IMG/VR virus record: IMGVR_UViG_3300032257_000091
Location: 1-24,496 of that record
DNA length: 24,496 nt
Source of the DNA: a virus
Lineage: Duplodnaviria; Caudoviricetes
Reading direction: 5' to 3' (one strand)
Shown here one piece after another: positions 1-7,938 of this stretch; position 1 is the first letter of the stretch; each line of letters begins with the position of its first letter. Made by a program: the position numbers and the translations under genes. Under the pieces are notes generated by a model. It worked only from the letters and a program-made list of their open reading frames with translations, was not told where the DNA came from and ran no database searches.

Positions 1-295
1 CCTCATACACCATCCACCTAAATGAGTCAGGGAATCTGGCAGTGAATCTCTGCTTAACTAGGTCTTTCATGCCTTGAAGTAAGCCTTCGCTAACTTCCTT
101 CTTGTGAATCTTTAGACTGAAGGCAACGTACTCAGTAAGCCATACGTGAAACAAAGCATTCTGATCAAGCGACCTATCAGCCCCAATACGAGGCGCTGAG
201 AATGTTATATAGCCATGCTCTCGCTGTAAGTCATCAACCCACTTATTAAACGCCATACGGCTGCTAGCGCTGTTTATTGTGAATTGCTCAGCCAT
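1..295 (-). CDS. NinB/Orf-like recombination protein, truncated by window edge
   Basis: Not in ORF track. My translation is MAEQFTINSASSRMAFNKWVDDLQREHGYITFSAPRIGADRSLDQNALFHVWLTEY...; RSLDQNAxxH is a NinB-family motif. TAATG overlap with the upstream ORF. Confidence 0.65.
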   Translation of the reverse strand, partial: MAEQFTINSASSRMAFNKWVDDLQREHGYITFSAPRIGADRSLDQNALFHVWLTEYVAFSLKIHKKEVSEGLLQGMKDLVKQRFTARFPDSFRWMVYE

Positions 296-513
296 TACTT
301 AGGCGGCTCAGGTAGTGGCATCCAGTGCGTTATCTTATCCCACCTAACTTTATTGTCATCACCATGATCAAAATGAAACGGCTCAAACCAATCTGGTGTA
401 TCGTCCCAACCATCTAGCATATAGGTAACATTCTGAACAACGCCACTACCAAAAATAATAACAGGATCACCATATGGCGGTAATTTATCATCAACACTAA
501 TCCATTCACTCAT
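295..513 (-). CDS. DUF551 family phage protein
   Basis: MSEWISVDDKLP...ITHWMPLPEPP signature. Confidence 0.85.
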   Translation of the reverse strand: MSEWISVDDKLPPYGDPVIIFGSGVVQNVTYMLDGWDDTPDWFEPFHFDHGDDNKVRWDKITHWMPLPEPPK

Positions 514-516
514 ACC

Positions 517-1002
517 CTAACCCTCTTTCAATAACTCATCTTGCCAAGGCGCTGGATTTTCCCAGCATCCCAACATTTCAAATAAAGCACCTAGCTCTTT
601 TTCGCTAATCTCTCGCGCCACCGGTAAAGCTATCCAGCCTAGGTTAGACAATTGATCAGTAGGTATAAGCTTTGATAAGTCATCATGCAGCTTTGATACC
701 GTTGAACTAAGTTCGTGCTTGAAATACTCGCAAGGCACGCCAACAACTTCACTATTGATATACGCCTGCCCTAACTTGCTTCGGCCCATTGCAGCGATAT
801 AGATTTGCCACTTATAGCGAATCTTACTCATAGCCGCATCAATACTTGGCCCGCAAACCTCAATGCGATTCTTACTAACATTGATTAATTCTAAGCCATC
901 GCCACTGGCAACAAAGCCAATGCCTAAGTCTCTTAATGCCGCCTTAGCACTTCGAGCCTTTTGTACGTGCGCGACATACTGTTTACGTTTCTTCTTTGCC
1001 AT
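517..1002 (-). CDS. hypothetical phage protein
   Basis: 161 aa ORF with AAAGAGGGTT RBS, in operon. Confidence 0.7.
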   Translation of the reverse strand: MAKKKRKQYVAHVQKARSAKAALRDLGIGFVASGDGLELINVSKNRIEVCGPSIDAAMSKIRYKWQIYIAAMGRSKLGQAYINSEVVGVPCEYFKHELSSTVSKLHDDLSKLIPTDQLSNLGWIALPVAREISEKELGALFEMLGCWENPAPWQDELLKEG

Positions 1003-1014
1003 ATTTAACCCTCT

Positions 1015-1230
1015 TTAATTATCGTTCTTTTCTTTAAACTCAATCCATAGCTGCTCCACTGTTGAATTCTCATAATGGAAATAATTAAACTTCTTTTCAA
1101 TCAACGTCTCGTCAACATCTGGAATTGAAAGAAACCAATCCTCGAATTTCATCATTAGTTCGGATAGGTGTTTTTCCATAGCGTCGCCATGTTCGTACAT
1201 TTCCTGTATCTTGCTTTCCATATAACACAT
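1015..1230 (-). CDS. hypothetical acidic protein
   Basis: 71 aa ORF with TAACAAAGAGGGTT RBS. Confidence 0.7.
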   Translation of the reverse strand: MCYMESKIQEMYEHGDAMEKHLSELMMKFEDWFLSIPDVDETLIEKKFNYFHYENSTVEQLWIEFKEKNDN

Positions 1231-1262
1231 AATTAAACCCTCTTTGTTAAATACTTATAGGT

Positions 1263-1366
1263 TGTGGTGACTGGCGGTAGGAATCGAACCTACAACCATA
1301 AGTCTTATTTGAACCAATCACTAAGTCGGAATCGAACCGGTACTGCACCGAGCACCAATCACCACA
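1263..1366 (-). ncRNA. tRNA-like structured RNA (pseudo-tRNA)
   Basis: T-arm GTAGG-TTCGATT-CCTAC (1293-1277) followed by CGCCAGTC-A-CCA. 14-bp closing stem 1353-1366 with 1263-1276 containing two G-U pairs. Second GGTTCGATTCC at 1338-1328. Confidence 0.6.
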
Positions 1367-1467
1367 CAAATAAACACTTTAAAACCCCTTCATGTCTCAC
1401 GACAGCTAGGGCGGAGCGGAGCATCATGCTTTATACCGCCTGTTATCACCTCCTGCTATGGTGGGTG

Positions 1468-1884
1468 TTATTCCTTCTTACTGCCTTCTTCAATACCAAT
1501 AAGAAAAGAGTTCATAGCATTAACAATATTCTCTGGAAGCTCGCTAATTCCGTCAACCTCAGATACATTTTGACCAGCTTTCCACGCAATTCCGCCCGCT
1601 ATAATGGTTTTAACATCATCCTTTGAGGGAAGAAATACCGTTAGGATGCACAGGAATACAAATGGAATCACAATAATCTTATTTTTTACCATGGATTTTA
1701 TCTTGCAGCTAAGTCGAGCATGAGAATCTCTCTTAGCTGTTCCAGAGTACTCCAAGTCTGCACTCATTGCAGAAGCCAAGTATCCCATGCCAACAGAAAG
1801 CAATCCGGCTGAATAAATAAACCACAAAAAGCCCTCTGCATTCTGTAAAGATGTATACATGTAAATATAAATAAACTCACTCAT
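1468..1884 (-). CDS. phage membrane protein (about 2 TM segments)
   Basis: Two hydrophobic segments; a LPSKDDVKTII-type motif recalled from phage membrane proteins. Confidence 0.7.
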   Translation of the reverse strand: MSEFIYIYMYTSLQNAEGFLWFIYSAGLLSVGMGYLASAMSADLEYSGTAKRDSHARLSCKIKSMVKNKIIVIPFVFLCILTVFLPSKDDVKTIIAGGIAWKAGQNVSEVDGISELPENIVNAMNSFLIGIEEGSKKE

Positions 1885-2000
1885 TTTCTAAGACCTCTTT
1901 CATTAATTAAACTAAACCCAAGACCTAAGATAACAACAGACCAGAACAATAGGTCATAGCCATTAGCGCCGTAAAACAAACCTATTAAAAACTGTTCCAT
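1881..2000 (-). CDS. small membrane protein (39 aa)
   Basis: MEQFLIGLFYGANGYDLLFWSVVILGLGFSLINERGLRK; GAGG RBS; ATGA overlap with next gene. Confidence 0.6.
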   Translation of the reverse strand: MEQFLIGLFYGANGYDLLFWSVVILGLGFSLINERGLRK

Positions 2001-2063
2001 GCTACTTCCTCTTGGTTGGTGTGTTTATACTATATAGCCTTAATATGTTTTGGTAGTGTTAAA

Positions 2064-2375
2064 TTACGCCAATAATTCAGGGTTTTCATAAATATTACCA
2101 ATTATTGCGCCTATATCGCTTTCTCCAGCGGCTTCGTAAAGCTCAATAAACGGGAATTCGCAAATATAATCACCATAGCCAGCAAGTCTAACCACATCGC
2201 CAGCGTATAATTCAACGCCGTTCTTGTCCTTTAAGCCGGTGAATTGCATTATTCTGTAATCATAAGAGTATTCATTTTCACCAGTCAGCACCGATTGAAA
2301 GCAGTCTTTTATCTCAAAATCATAAACCATGAATTTGGACGATATTTCCCAAGCTCTAAACTTAAACTCCATCAC
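2064..2375 (-). CDS. YopX family protein
   Basis: KFRAW...MQFTGLKDKNGVELYAGDVV...IIGNIYENPELL. Confidence 0.9.
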   Translation of the reverse strand: MMEFKFRAWEISSKFMVYDFEIKDCFQSVLTGENEYSYDYRIMQFTGLKDKNGVELYAGDVVRLAGYGDYICEFPFIELYEAAGESDIGAIIGNIYENPELLA

Positions 2376-3067
2376 ACAACCCCTTCACTAATTAACTGCT
2401 TAGAATTATTTTCATCAAAATCAATACCTATTCCCTTGAATGTCATGTAATTAATATCACTCCTTCTGTTCGGCGGAAGCTCTTCAGATATGTTTATTAA
2501 TATAGGGTTTTCAAAACCAACCGCATAGCTTCTAAGCTGCTTATGAGCGCTTTTCTTTCCGAGTTTTAACTCTATAATAACAGGGCGGCCATCTTTTGAT
2601 TCCGCTAAGATATCTAATCTATCCCTATCATCAACATCTATCTGAACTTCTCGGTCAATAAATGTTAAATCAGGGAGATATTTGCCAAACGAAGTGCATA
2701 GTTCATCATGATAATCTTTTTCAGAAGTTCCTATGGTTTTTTCCCTCCCCTTCATCCTTATTGACGCAAGACCAGAATATAAAATAAGGGACGAACTTGA
2801 CGTATCGACTACAGACATATCAATTAAATTAATGGCAGAATTTACCAAGTGCCAACCAGATTCGGACAAATCATTTGAAATTGAATCCGCGCCCTTGTCG
2901 TAAGTGTTCATACCTTTAATCATTACAGACAATGCTATCCCCATATTCATTAGCCATGGAGCATTCTCGTCAACTTCTAACAGCCTTTCATGAAGGGATT
3001 CATTTTTAACCTTATCTAGAAAGCGATTCATTTCTTCAGAAGTAAGTAGGTCTCTTTTGTATTCCAT
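2372..3067 (-). CDS. protein with C-terminal NucS-like PD-(D/E)XK endonuclease domain
   Basis: EKDYHDEL...REVQI...RLDILAES...PVIIELK...QLRSYA. Confidence 0.65.
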   Translation of the reverse strand: MEYKRDLLTSEEMNRFLDKVKNESLHERLLEVDENAPWLMNMGIALSVMIKGMNTYDKGADSISNDLSESGWHLVNSAINLIDMSVVDTSSSSLILYSGLASIRMKGREKTIGTSEKDYHDELCTSFGKYLPDLTFIDREVQIDVDDRDRLDILAESKDGRPVIIELKLGKKSAHKQLRSYAVGFENPILINISEELPPNRRSDINYMTFKGIGIDFDENNSKQLISEGVV

Positions 3068-3070
3068 TGC

Positions 3071-3130
3071 TTATTTCCCCTTATTTATTTTTAGGCTCAT
3101 TGTTTTTACATTGGATTGCATTAGTTTCAT
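3071..3130 (-). pseudogene. 19-aa mini-ORF, likely an N-terminal remnant of a Rha/antirepressor gene
   Basis: MKLMQSNVKTMSLKINKGK with AAAGAG RBS; resembles the ...NVKTMS(SREIA) starts of Rha/antirepressor proteins. Confidence 0.45.
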
Positions 3131-3152
3131 TAGATACGCTCTTTAATTTGGA

Positions 3153-3240
3153 GCGGACTAACACACTGGGGTAGGAGAGGCCAAAGAGGGAAGCCACCCA
3201 GTGATGCCGCATAATTTCTATCAGTCTCCTACAACCGATT
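3153..3240 (-). ncRNA. structured leader or antisense-type RNA with pseudoknot
   Basis: Hairpin ATCGGTT-GTAGGA-GACTGAT; nested stems GCGG/CCGC, CACTGGG/CCCAGTG and GGCT/GGCC with loop TCCCTCTTT; TCTCCTAC is complementary to GTAGGAGA. Confidence 0.6.
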
Positions 3241-3245
3241 CATTC

Positions 3246-3273
3246 ATTATACACAATGACTATCTGCTAACAA
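3246..3273 (-). promoter_or_regulatory. sigma70-like promoter
   Basis: TTGTTA-16-TATAAT just upstream of the structured RNA. Confidence 0.55.
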
Positions 3274-3277
3274 TAGA

Positions 3278-3652
3278 CTATTGTTTTTCCTCAAGTGCTT
3301 TATTAGCCACCTGCCAAACGCTCGAAAACTCAAATCCGCTCGGTGTGATCTTCTCTTGATGAAGCTTTACTGACTGCAAAGCAGCCCTAAGCTCTGCTAC
3401 TTGCTGGGTTAGGCCATCAACAACCCCCTTTAAAGTTTTAACATCGGAGGAGTGATAGTATGCCAGTTCCTTCTTGGAAAAATTATCAAGGGTTCTGTAT
3501 CCGTTATTATCAAGCCATAAAGTAGTATCCGCCTTTTTAATATCTTCACCCTTGTACTTCTTAGCCGCTGCCTTAAAAGCATCATTAGCCTTTGGCGGAT
3601 TCTCTAGGGTGTTAACCATTTCTTCTGTTAGCTCTATTTTATCTTCACTCAT
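3278..3652 (-). CDS. hypothetical protein with DUF1778/TacA-like N-terminal motif and coiled coil
   Basis: Start reassigned to MSEDKIE (AAGGAG RBS, short overlap with upstream ORF); LENPPKANDAFKAAAKKY motif. Confidence 0.65.
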   Translation of the reverse strand: MSEDKIELTEEMVNTLENPPKANDAFKAAAKKYKGEDIKKADTTLWLDNNGYRTLDNFSKKELAYYHSSDVKTLKGVVDGLTQQVAELRAALQSVKLHQEKITPSGFEFSSVWQVANKALEEKQ

Positions 3653-3920
3653 AATCTTTCTCCTTAAATTTATTGGCCATTTTTTGCGATAATTTAAAAC
3701 CTTCAAAGGTAAAAAGCCCACTTCTGAGCTTCTTCCTGAATTCATCTATTGATTCTGGTCTTTTATTTACAGACTGAAGGTAGATCATGCAAAAACCGAT
3801 ATCTGGAGAATCTGCTGCGCACCAGTTCTTAACTTCATCTATCTTAAGCTTAAGAATAAATAACTCTCGCTCTTTCGCCTCTAGAGCCTTTGTTCGCTTA
3901 CTTTTAAATATATCAAGCAT
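3645..3920 (-). CDS. hypothetical protein
   Basis: 91 aa ORF overlapping both neighbours by 8 nt. Confidence 0.65.
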   Translation of the reverse strand: MLDIFKSKRTKALEAKERELFILKLKIDEVKNWCAADSPDIGFCMIYLQSVNKRPESIDEFRKKLRSGLFTFEGFKLSQKMANKFKEKDYE

Positions 3921-4134
3921 CGCCCTTCTCCTCTAGTTGGGCTAGTAGGGCTAGTAGGGATTTGGCTAGATTGCTCGCATCTTCTTTTGATAAGTAAACT
4001 GAGCTACTGTCGCATTCGTATATTGTAAATACAACGCAATCATTACCGTTGTGAACTTCGTTTTCTAATGCAATAGAGTCGCCCTCGCCAACCAAGCACC
4101 TAAAGGTTACTGGCATATCCTTATTACTTGTCAT
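3913..4134 (-). CDS. hypothetical protein
   Basis: 73 aa ORF in operon; GGAG RBS. Confidence 0.65.
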   Translation of the reverse strand: MTSNKDMPVTFRCLVGEGDSIALENEVHNGNDCVVFTIYECDSSSVYLSKEDASNLAKSLLALLAQLEEKGDA

Positions 4135-4312
4135 TATTCTGCTCCTTTAATAGTTCCTTAGCTTCATCCACATCAAACAAAGCAGGCTTAGCAATTAATC
4201 CAAAAATAGCCTCCTGTCCTTTCTCATTCACACCCAGTTCAATTGCCTGAGTAATATTCTCAATGTGATCAATAGCCCATTTAAGCTGGCTTTTTAGTTC
4301 TTCTGTTTTCAC
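4124..4312 (-). CDS. hypothetical protein
   Basis: GTG start; AAAGAGGTGA RBS; first gene after a promoter. Confidence 0.65.
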   Translation of the reverse strand: MKTEELKSQLKWAIDHIENITQAIELGVNEKGQEAIFGLIAKPALFDVDEAKELLKEQNNDK

Positions 4313-4334
4313 AATCTCACCTCTTTATTAATTA

Positions 4335-4375
4335 ACCTTTCGATTTAACTATACGCCAATAAACCGAAAGGTCAA
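4335..4375 (-). promoter_or_regulatory. sigma70 promoter with 8-bp inverted repeat
   Basis: TTGACC-16-TATAGT; ACCTTTCG (4335-4342) and CGAAAGGT (4365-4372). Confidence 0.6.
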
Positions 4376-4397
4376 CACGTTTTAGATATAAAGTTAG

Positions 4398-5687
4398 TTA
4401 GTTTTGAAAGTTGTATTCTTGCTTAATATCCTCAATGCGGAAATAATGCATTTTACCAAGCGTTCTGACTGTGCCTGTCTCGCCATCGCGTGACTTGCCA
4501 ATAATTAGCTCTAGAATGCCTTTGTCTGGCGTATCTTCATCGTAGTATTCTTCACGGTGGCATAAGATAATGCCGTCGGAATCCGCTTCCATTCCGCCTG
4601 AACCTTTAATGTCTTTTACAATAGGTCTGCGCTCTGCTGCTGGTCGCTTTAGATAGTCTCGATTTAGTTGAACAAGAGCCACTACTGGAATATTCATTTC
4701 CTTGGCAAAGCCTTTTAACGCCTTGGTGATCAATGCTAGCTCTTGAACTTCGCGGCTTCTGTCGTAGTTCATAAGCTGAACGTAATCAACGAACAGAACG
4801 CCTCTTTGCTCGTCTTGATAGACTTCCTGCTGATTAAGCCACGCTCTAGCCCTTAGAATAATATCTTGCACACCTACGCTAGAGTCCTCATCAATCAAAA
4901 TATTGTGATCCATAATAGCGCTAACGCCGGCGGAAAGTTCAGATGTATAATTTCCTAACTCTTTATCTGGCCGCTTGAATAGCTTACCTGGAACAGATCC
5001 AGCGCTTTGAATCATTCGCTTAGCCACTTCCGTTGATTTCATTTCGATAGATGAGAAGTAGACTGGAACTTTTGTTTTAGCTTGCACCTCCATGAATTTT
5101 TGAGCGACGGTCGTCTTTCCCATTCCGCTTTGACCACCTAGCAGATATAGCTTCCCTCCCTCAAAAGGCATCTTTTCATTCAATTCCTGAATGCCAGTAT
5201 CGTAAACCATGCCTTTCCCGTTTGCTCTTTCGTCTACATCATCAAGTAAATTCTTAACAGCACTGCCAAGAATGAATTGTGTTTTACGTCCGTGAGAGCG
5301 ATTTAAGTCTGAAAGCCTAGCGCTAGTATCACTTACAACGTCTTTAAGCTCAGAGCCATTGCTTACAGCCTCCTGAATGTCATTTGCAAGCTGTATTAGT
5401 TTAACTTTGTTTGATTCTTGTTTTAGCACCTTGGCATAGGCTGGTGCATTGCCAGGACTGACACAATCAAAGCTAATTTCTGATAGTTGATTTACATCAA
5501 TTCCTGTCTTTTCTGAAATAGTGAAAACATCAGTTTCTGAGCCTAGTTTCTTTACAGCCTGGAAAACCGTCTTTGCCGGTGGTGTTAGAAAATCGTCATC
5601 CGATAAAATACCTTGAACTTTGGTAATTAGCTCAGGTGAATCTAATAGTGCCCCGATAACTTGACGTTCTGCTTCGTTGGTAATCAT
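4398..5687 (-). CDS. dnaB: replicative DNA helicase, DnaB family
   Basis: EAERQVIGALL N-terminus; Walker A GQSGMGKT; VDYVQLM; QLNR; SGGMEADSD; KSRDGETG. Confidence 0.95.
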   Translation of the reverse strand: MITNEAERQVIGALLDSPELITKVQGILSDDDFLTPPAKTVFQAVKKLGSETDVFTISEKTGIDVNQLSEISFDCVSPGNAPAYAKVLKQESNKVKLIQLANDIQEAVSNGSELKDVVSDTSARLSDLNRSHGRKTQFILGSAVKNLLDDVDERANGKGMVYDTGIQELNEKMPFEGGKLYLLGGQSGMGKTTVAQKFMEVQAKTKVPVYFSSIEMKSTEVAKRMIQSAGSVPGKLFKRPDKELGNYTSELSAGVSAIMDHNILIDEDSSVGVQDIILRARAWLNQQEVYQDEQRGVLFVDYVQLMNYDRSREVQELALITKALKGFAKEMNIPVVALVQLNRDYLKRPAAERRPIVKDIKGSGGMEADSDGIILCHREEYYDEDTPDKGILELIIGKSRDGETGTVRTLGKMHYFRIEDIKQEYNFQN

Positions 5688-6034
5688 AGTGAATCTCTTA
5701 AATCTTTTAGAATCTTGTGTGCTTGTTCGCGTTCTTCTTCTGTCGCTGGCTCTTTGTTCTCACAAACCAATAACTTGTGCTCAGGTCGCTTGGTCGATGT
5801 TTTACACATCTTAATAAACTCAGGAACTGATGGTGGATATTGACCGCCGGTAGTTCTTGCACAGTCAACGCCTCTTGCCATTGCCTCTGGCGTGTTTAGA
5901 TTATTGCTAACCAATCCCTTCATAAGCTGTACTTTGTACATTTGCAGATCTTCTGCGGTTGTTGTGGCTCGCAAGCTTAACCAGATACCGCAAAAGCTGT
6001 TAATCAATATGTCGGCTAACTCTTCATTGTTCAT
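5684..6034 (-). CDS. lambda P-like replication protein (putative helicase loader)
   Basis: PPSVPEFIKMC resembles the P-family motif; lies directly after the initiator. Confidence 0.6.
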   Translation of the reverse strand: MNNEELADILINSFCGIWLSLRATTTAEDLQMYKVQLMKGLVSNNLNTPEAMARGVDCARTTGGQYPPSVPEFIKMCKTSTKRPEHKLLVCENKEPATEEEREQAHKILKDLRDSL

Positions 6035-6825
6035 TAGAATGACCTCTGAGCTGTTTGCTGGATTGTTTCTTGTGGTGCTGCTAGTCGGTTGCTAGTTGGA
6101 CCAGATGATTTAACAAAATAATCAACTTCGATAGTGGTCCATCCTGCATCACATTGTTTGCTAATAGCGTAATCAGGCGCAGTATTGCCAGTGGTCTGTA
6201 ATGTTTCAAGTGTTGATTCAATTCTGTTCAATGCTCTATCAGAATTGCTTGCTCCTTTCTTGGTCCTAAGCTTGGACCATTCAAGTAATAGTTCATCATC
6301 AATGCAATTCAATGCTGGGTATGCTTCTGAATTATCACGGACCTTCTTTGCTAATAACTCAGCCTTGGTTAACTTCTTTTGAGGTGCAACCTCTTCTTTA
6401 TCTGTTCTATTCTCTTCTGTTCTATTCTCTTCTTGCATGATTAATCCTGATTGAGTCATGATTGAGTCATGATTTTTATTCATCGCCTCAATAGCCTTTC
6501 TCATTTCAGGGTTGGAAGTCATTGATTTATTTAGTCTTTTTGCTAGTCGTAAGCAAGTTATTAGGCCGTCATTATTTTGAAACAATCCTAGATCAACAAA
6601 ACGAGTCATCATCTCAGTGACTTTTTGCGCAGTGCTTCCAGTGTTACGAGCAATGATCCTAGCGTCATGCTCAAGGCTGAACGTAAGGTTTTCAGCATCA
6701 ACCTTTCCAGCAATAAGTTCTATGCAATACCAGTAAAGGCCATAACCTTCTAATCCGTAGTCAAGCATTACCTCTTGCAGCTTTGCGTCCATGCTTGCAT
6801 CTGTATCGTGTTTAAACCATTTCAT
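6034..6825 (-). CDS. phage replication initiator (O-like, DUF4373/Lin1244-type N-terminus)
   Basis: MKWFKHDTDASMDAKL...YGLEGYGLYW; internal iterons; EWSKLR...GWTTI C-terminal domain. Confidence 0.8.
   Translation of the reverse strand: MKWFKHDTDASMDAKLQEVMLDYGLEGYGLYWYCIELIAGKVDAENLTFSLEHDARIIARNTGSTAQKVTEMMTRFVDLGLFQNNDGLITCLRLAKRLNKSMTSNPEMRKAIEAMNKNHDSIMTQSGLIMQEENRTEENRTDKEEVAPQKKLTKAELLAKKVRDNSEAYPALNCIDDELLLEWSKLRTKKGASNSDRALNRIESTLETLQTTGNTAPDYAISKQCDAGWTTIEVDYFVKSSGPTSNRLAAPQETIQQTAQRSF
6401..6476. repeat. putative replication origin (iterons plus pyrimidine-rich repeat)
   Basis: TCTGTTCTATTCTCT twice (6401-6430); TGATT cores at 6438, 6448, 6459 and 6470 in CATGATTGAGT-like units. 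Confidence 0.7.
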
Positions 6826-6828
6826 AAA

Positions 6829-7314
6829 CTACCCCTGAAAGCCTAGTGCTAATTGTGCTTGGTCCAATGCTATTTTAAATTCTTCTTCCTGCTCTTTCTT
6901 AACTACCTTGTACTTGGCCAGCTCTCGGCCGTGAATGCTTGCCGCGTCTTTGCTGTGCTCAATAGCCGCTACGATAGAGTTTAGGCTCATCATTGTGGCG
7001 GGTGCTTCACTCAGGACCTTCTCCATTGCGTTAAATGCTGCAATGTAGCTTTCCTTCCATTTTGCTGATTCAGGACCAGTAAAGCCCATGCAAAGAAAAG
7101 TAAAACCATCACGCGTCATATTGAAGCAAGGCAACTTTTTGTTCTGGTCCGACAAATAAGAGGACGGCACAAAATTGTGCTCTCTAAATTCATCACTACA
7201 ATCAAGCTTTTGAATTGCCCGAAGTACGGTCCTATGGACCTTGTTAAATTTATCTGCAATGTCTTTTGATGACACAGTAGGATTGCCGTTATTCATATTA
7301 ATTAAACCGTTCAT
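6829..7314 (-). CDS. rha: Rha family regulatory protein
   Basis: VSSKDIADKFNKVHRTVLRAI...MTRDGFTFLCMGFTG...WKESYIAAFNAME. Confidence 0.92.
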   Translation of the reverse strand: MNGLINMNNGNPTVSSKDIADKFNKVHRTVLRAIQKLDCSDEFREHNFVPSSYLSDQNKKLPCFNMTRDGFTFLCMGFTGPESAKWKESYIAAFNAMEKVLSEAPATMMSLNSIVAAIEHSKDAASIHGRELAKYKVVKKEQEEEFKIALDQAQLALGFQG

Positions 7315-7335
7315 TTCATTACTCCTAAATAAGAA

Positions 7336-7384
7336 GTGCCAATTTTAACACTCATAGGTAAGAGGTGCAAGTTTTACACTTCAT
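7336..7384 (-). promoter_or_regulatory. rha promoter with repeated operator-like sites
   Basis: TTGCAC-17-TAAAAT with extended TG; near-repeats GTGCCAATTTTAACACTCAT and GTGCAAGTTTTACACTTCAT. Confidence 0.6.
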
Positions 7385-7396
7385 GCAAGGGTTAAT

Positions 7397-7418
7397 AAAA
7401 AGCCTCAATAAAGAGGCT
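7397..7418 (-). terminator. intrinsic terminator
   Basis: AGCCTC-TTTATT-GAGGCT followed by a T tract on the minus strand. Confidence 0.7.
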
Positions 7419-7444
7419 AGTTGTAAGTAGGGTTACTGATTGGG

Positions 7445-7627
7445 TTAGGCATCATTATATCTAGCGTAAGCAGTCCACTCATTAAGAAGTCCGGCCTGAA
7501 CCACTACGACATATCTGAGCCAGTAGCGACCTCTAGTTGACGCGTATCCATCCTTGATAATCCAGCGCTTGACAGGAAGCCATGCAAAAACTAATTTCTG
7601 CTTATGTAGCGGGTGCGCCTCAATCAT
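7445..7627 (-). CDS. hypothetical protein
   Basis: 60 aa ORF; GGAGGGTTAGGG RBS. Confidence 0.6.
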   Translation of the reverse strand: MIEAHPLHKQKLVFAWLPVKRWIIKDGYASTRGRYWLRYVVVVQAGLLNEWTAYARYNDA

Positions 7628-7629
7628 CC

Positions 7630-7938
7630 CTAACCCTCCTTGATACGGTTTGCGTATTCAACTATTTCAATAACTGAAACTGTTCCCATAATTTCACTAC
7701 CAAACTGCGGTACAATATTGCAGTTTTTCATGACGCTATTCACAGCCTCAGCCCTTATGTCTGCTAGGGATTCTGGAGGAGTCCAGCCAAGTTTAATTAA
7801 AGCCTCTCTAACACCACCCTCTTGTAGCTTTATGATATTAGTTGATATATCTCTAATATCATCTTGTCCTGGAAAGCTGGTTTCTTGCAGTATCAAGCCC
7901 TTATTGTATTTTGTCGTTACTTTGTATTCATTTTTCAT
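7630..7938 (-). CDS. hypothetical protein
   Basis: 102 aa ORF abutting the methyltransferase gene. Confidence 0.65.
   Translation of the reverse strand: MKNEYKVTTKYNKGLILQETSFPGQDDIRDISTNIIKLQEGGVREALIKLGWTPPESLADIRAEAVNSVMKNCNIVPQFGSEIMGTVSVIEIVEYANRIKEG

Noticed and set aside
1305-1320. TTCAAA read as a tRNA-Sec or opal-suppressor anticodon loop
   Set aside because: The flanking stem pairs poorly and there is no long variable arm; TGA is used as a normal stop in ATGA overlaps.
1264-1626. 120-aa plus-strand ORF
   Set aside because: Antisense to the tRNA-like RNA and a membrane gene; no RBS or recognisable motif.
3653-3745. Upstream extensions of track ORFs 3278-3745, 9026-9217, 14936-15136 and 15051-15617
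   Set aside because: Downstream ATGs have RBSs and give tighter gene packing.
6401-6476. CRISPR-like repeats
   Set aside because: Short tandem units without spacers inside the initiator gene; better explained as iterons.
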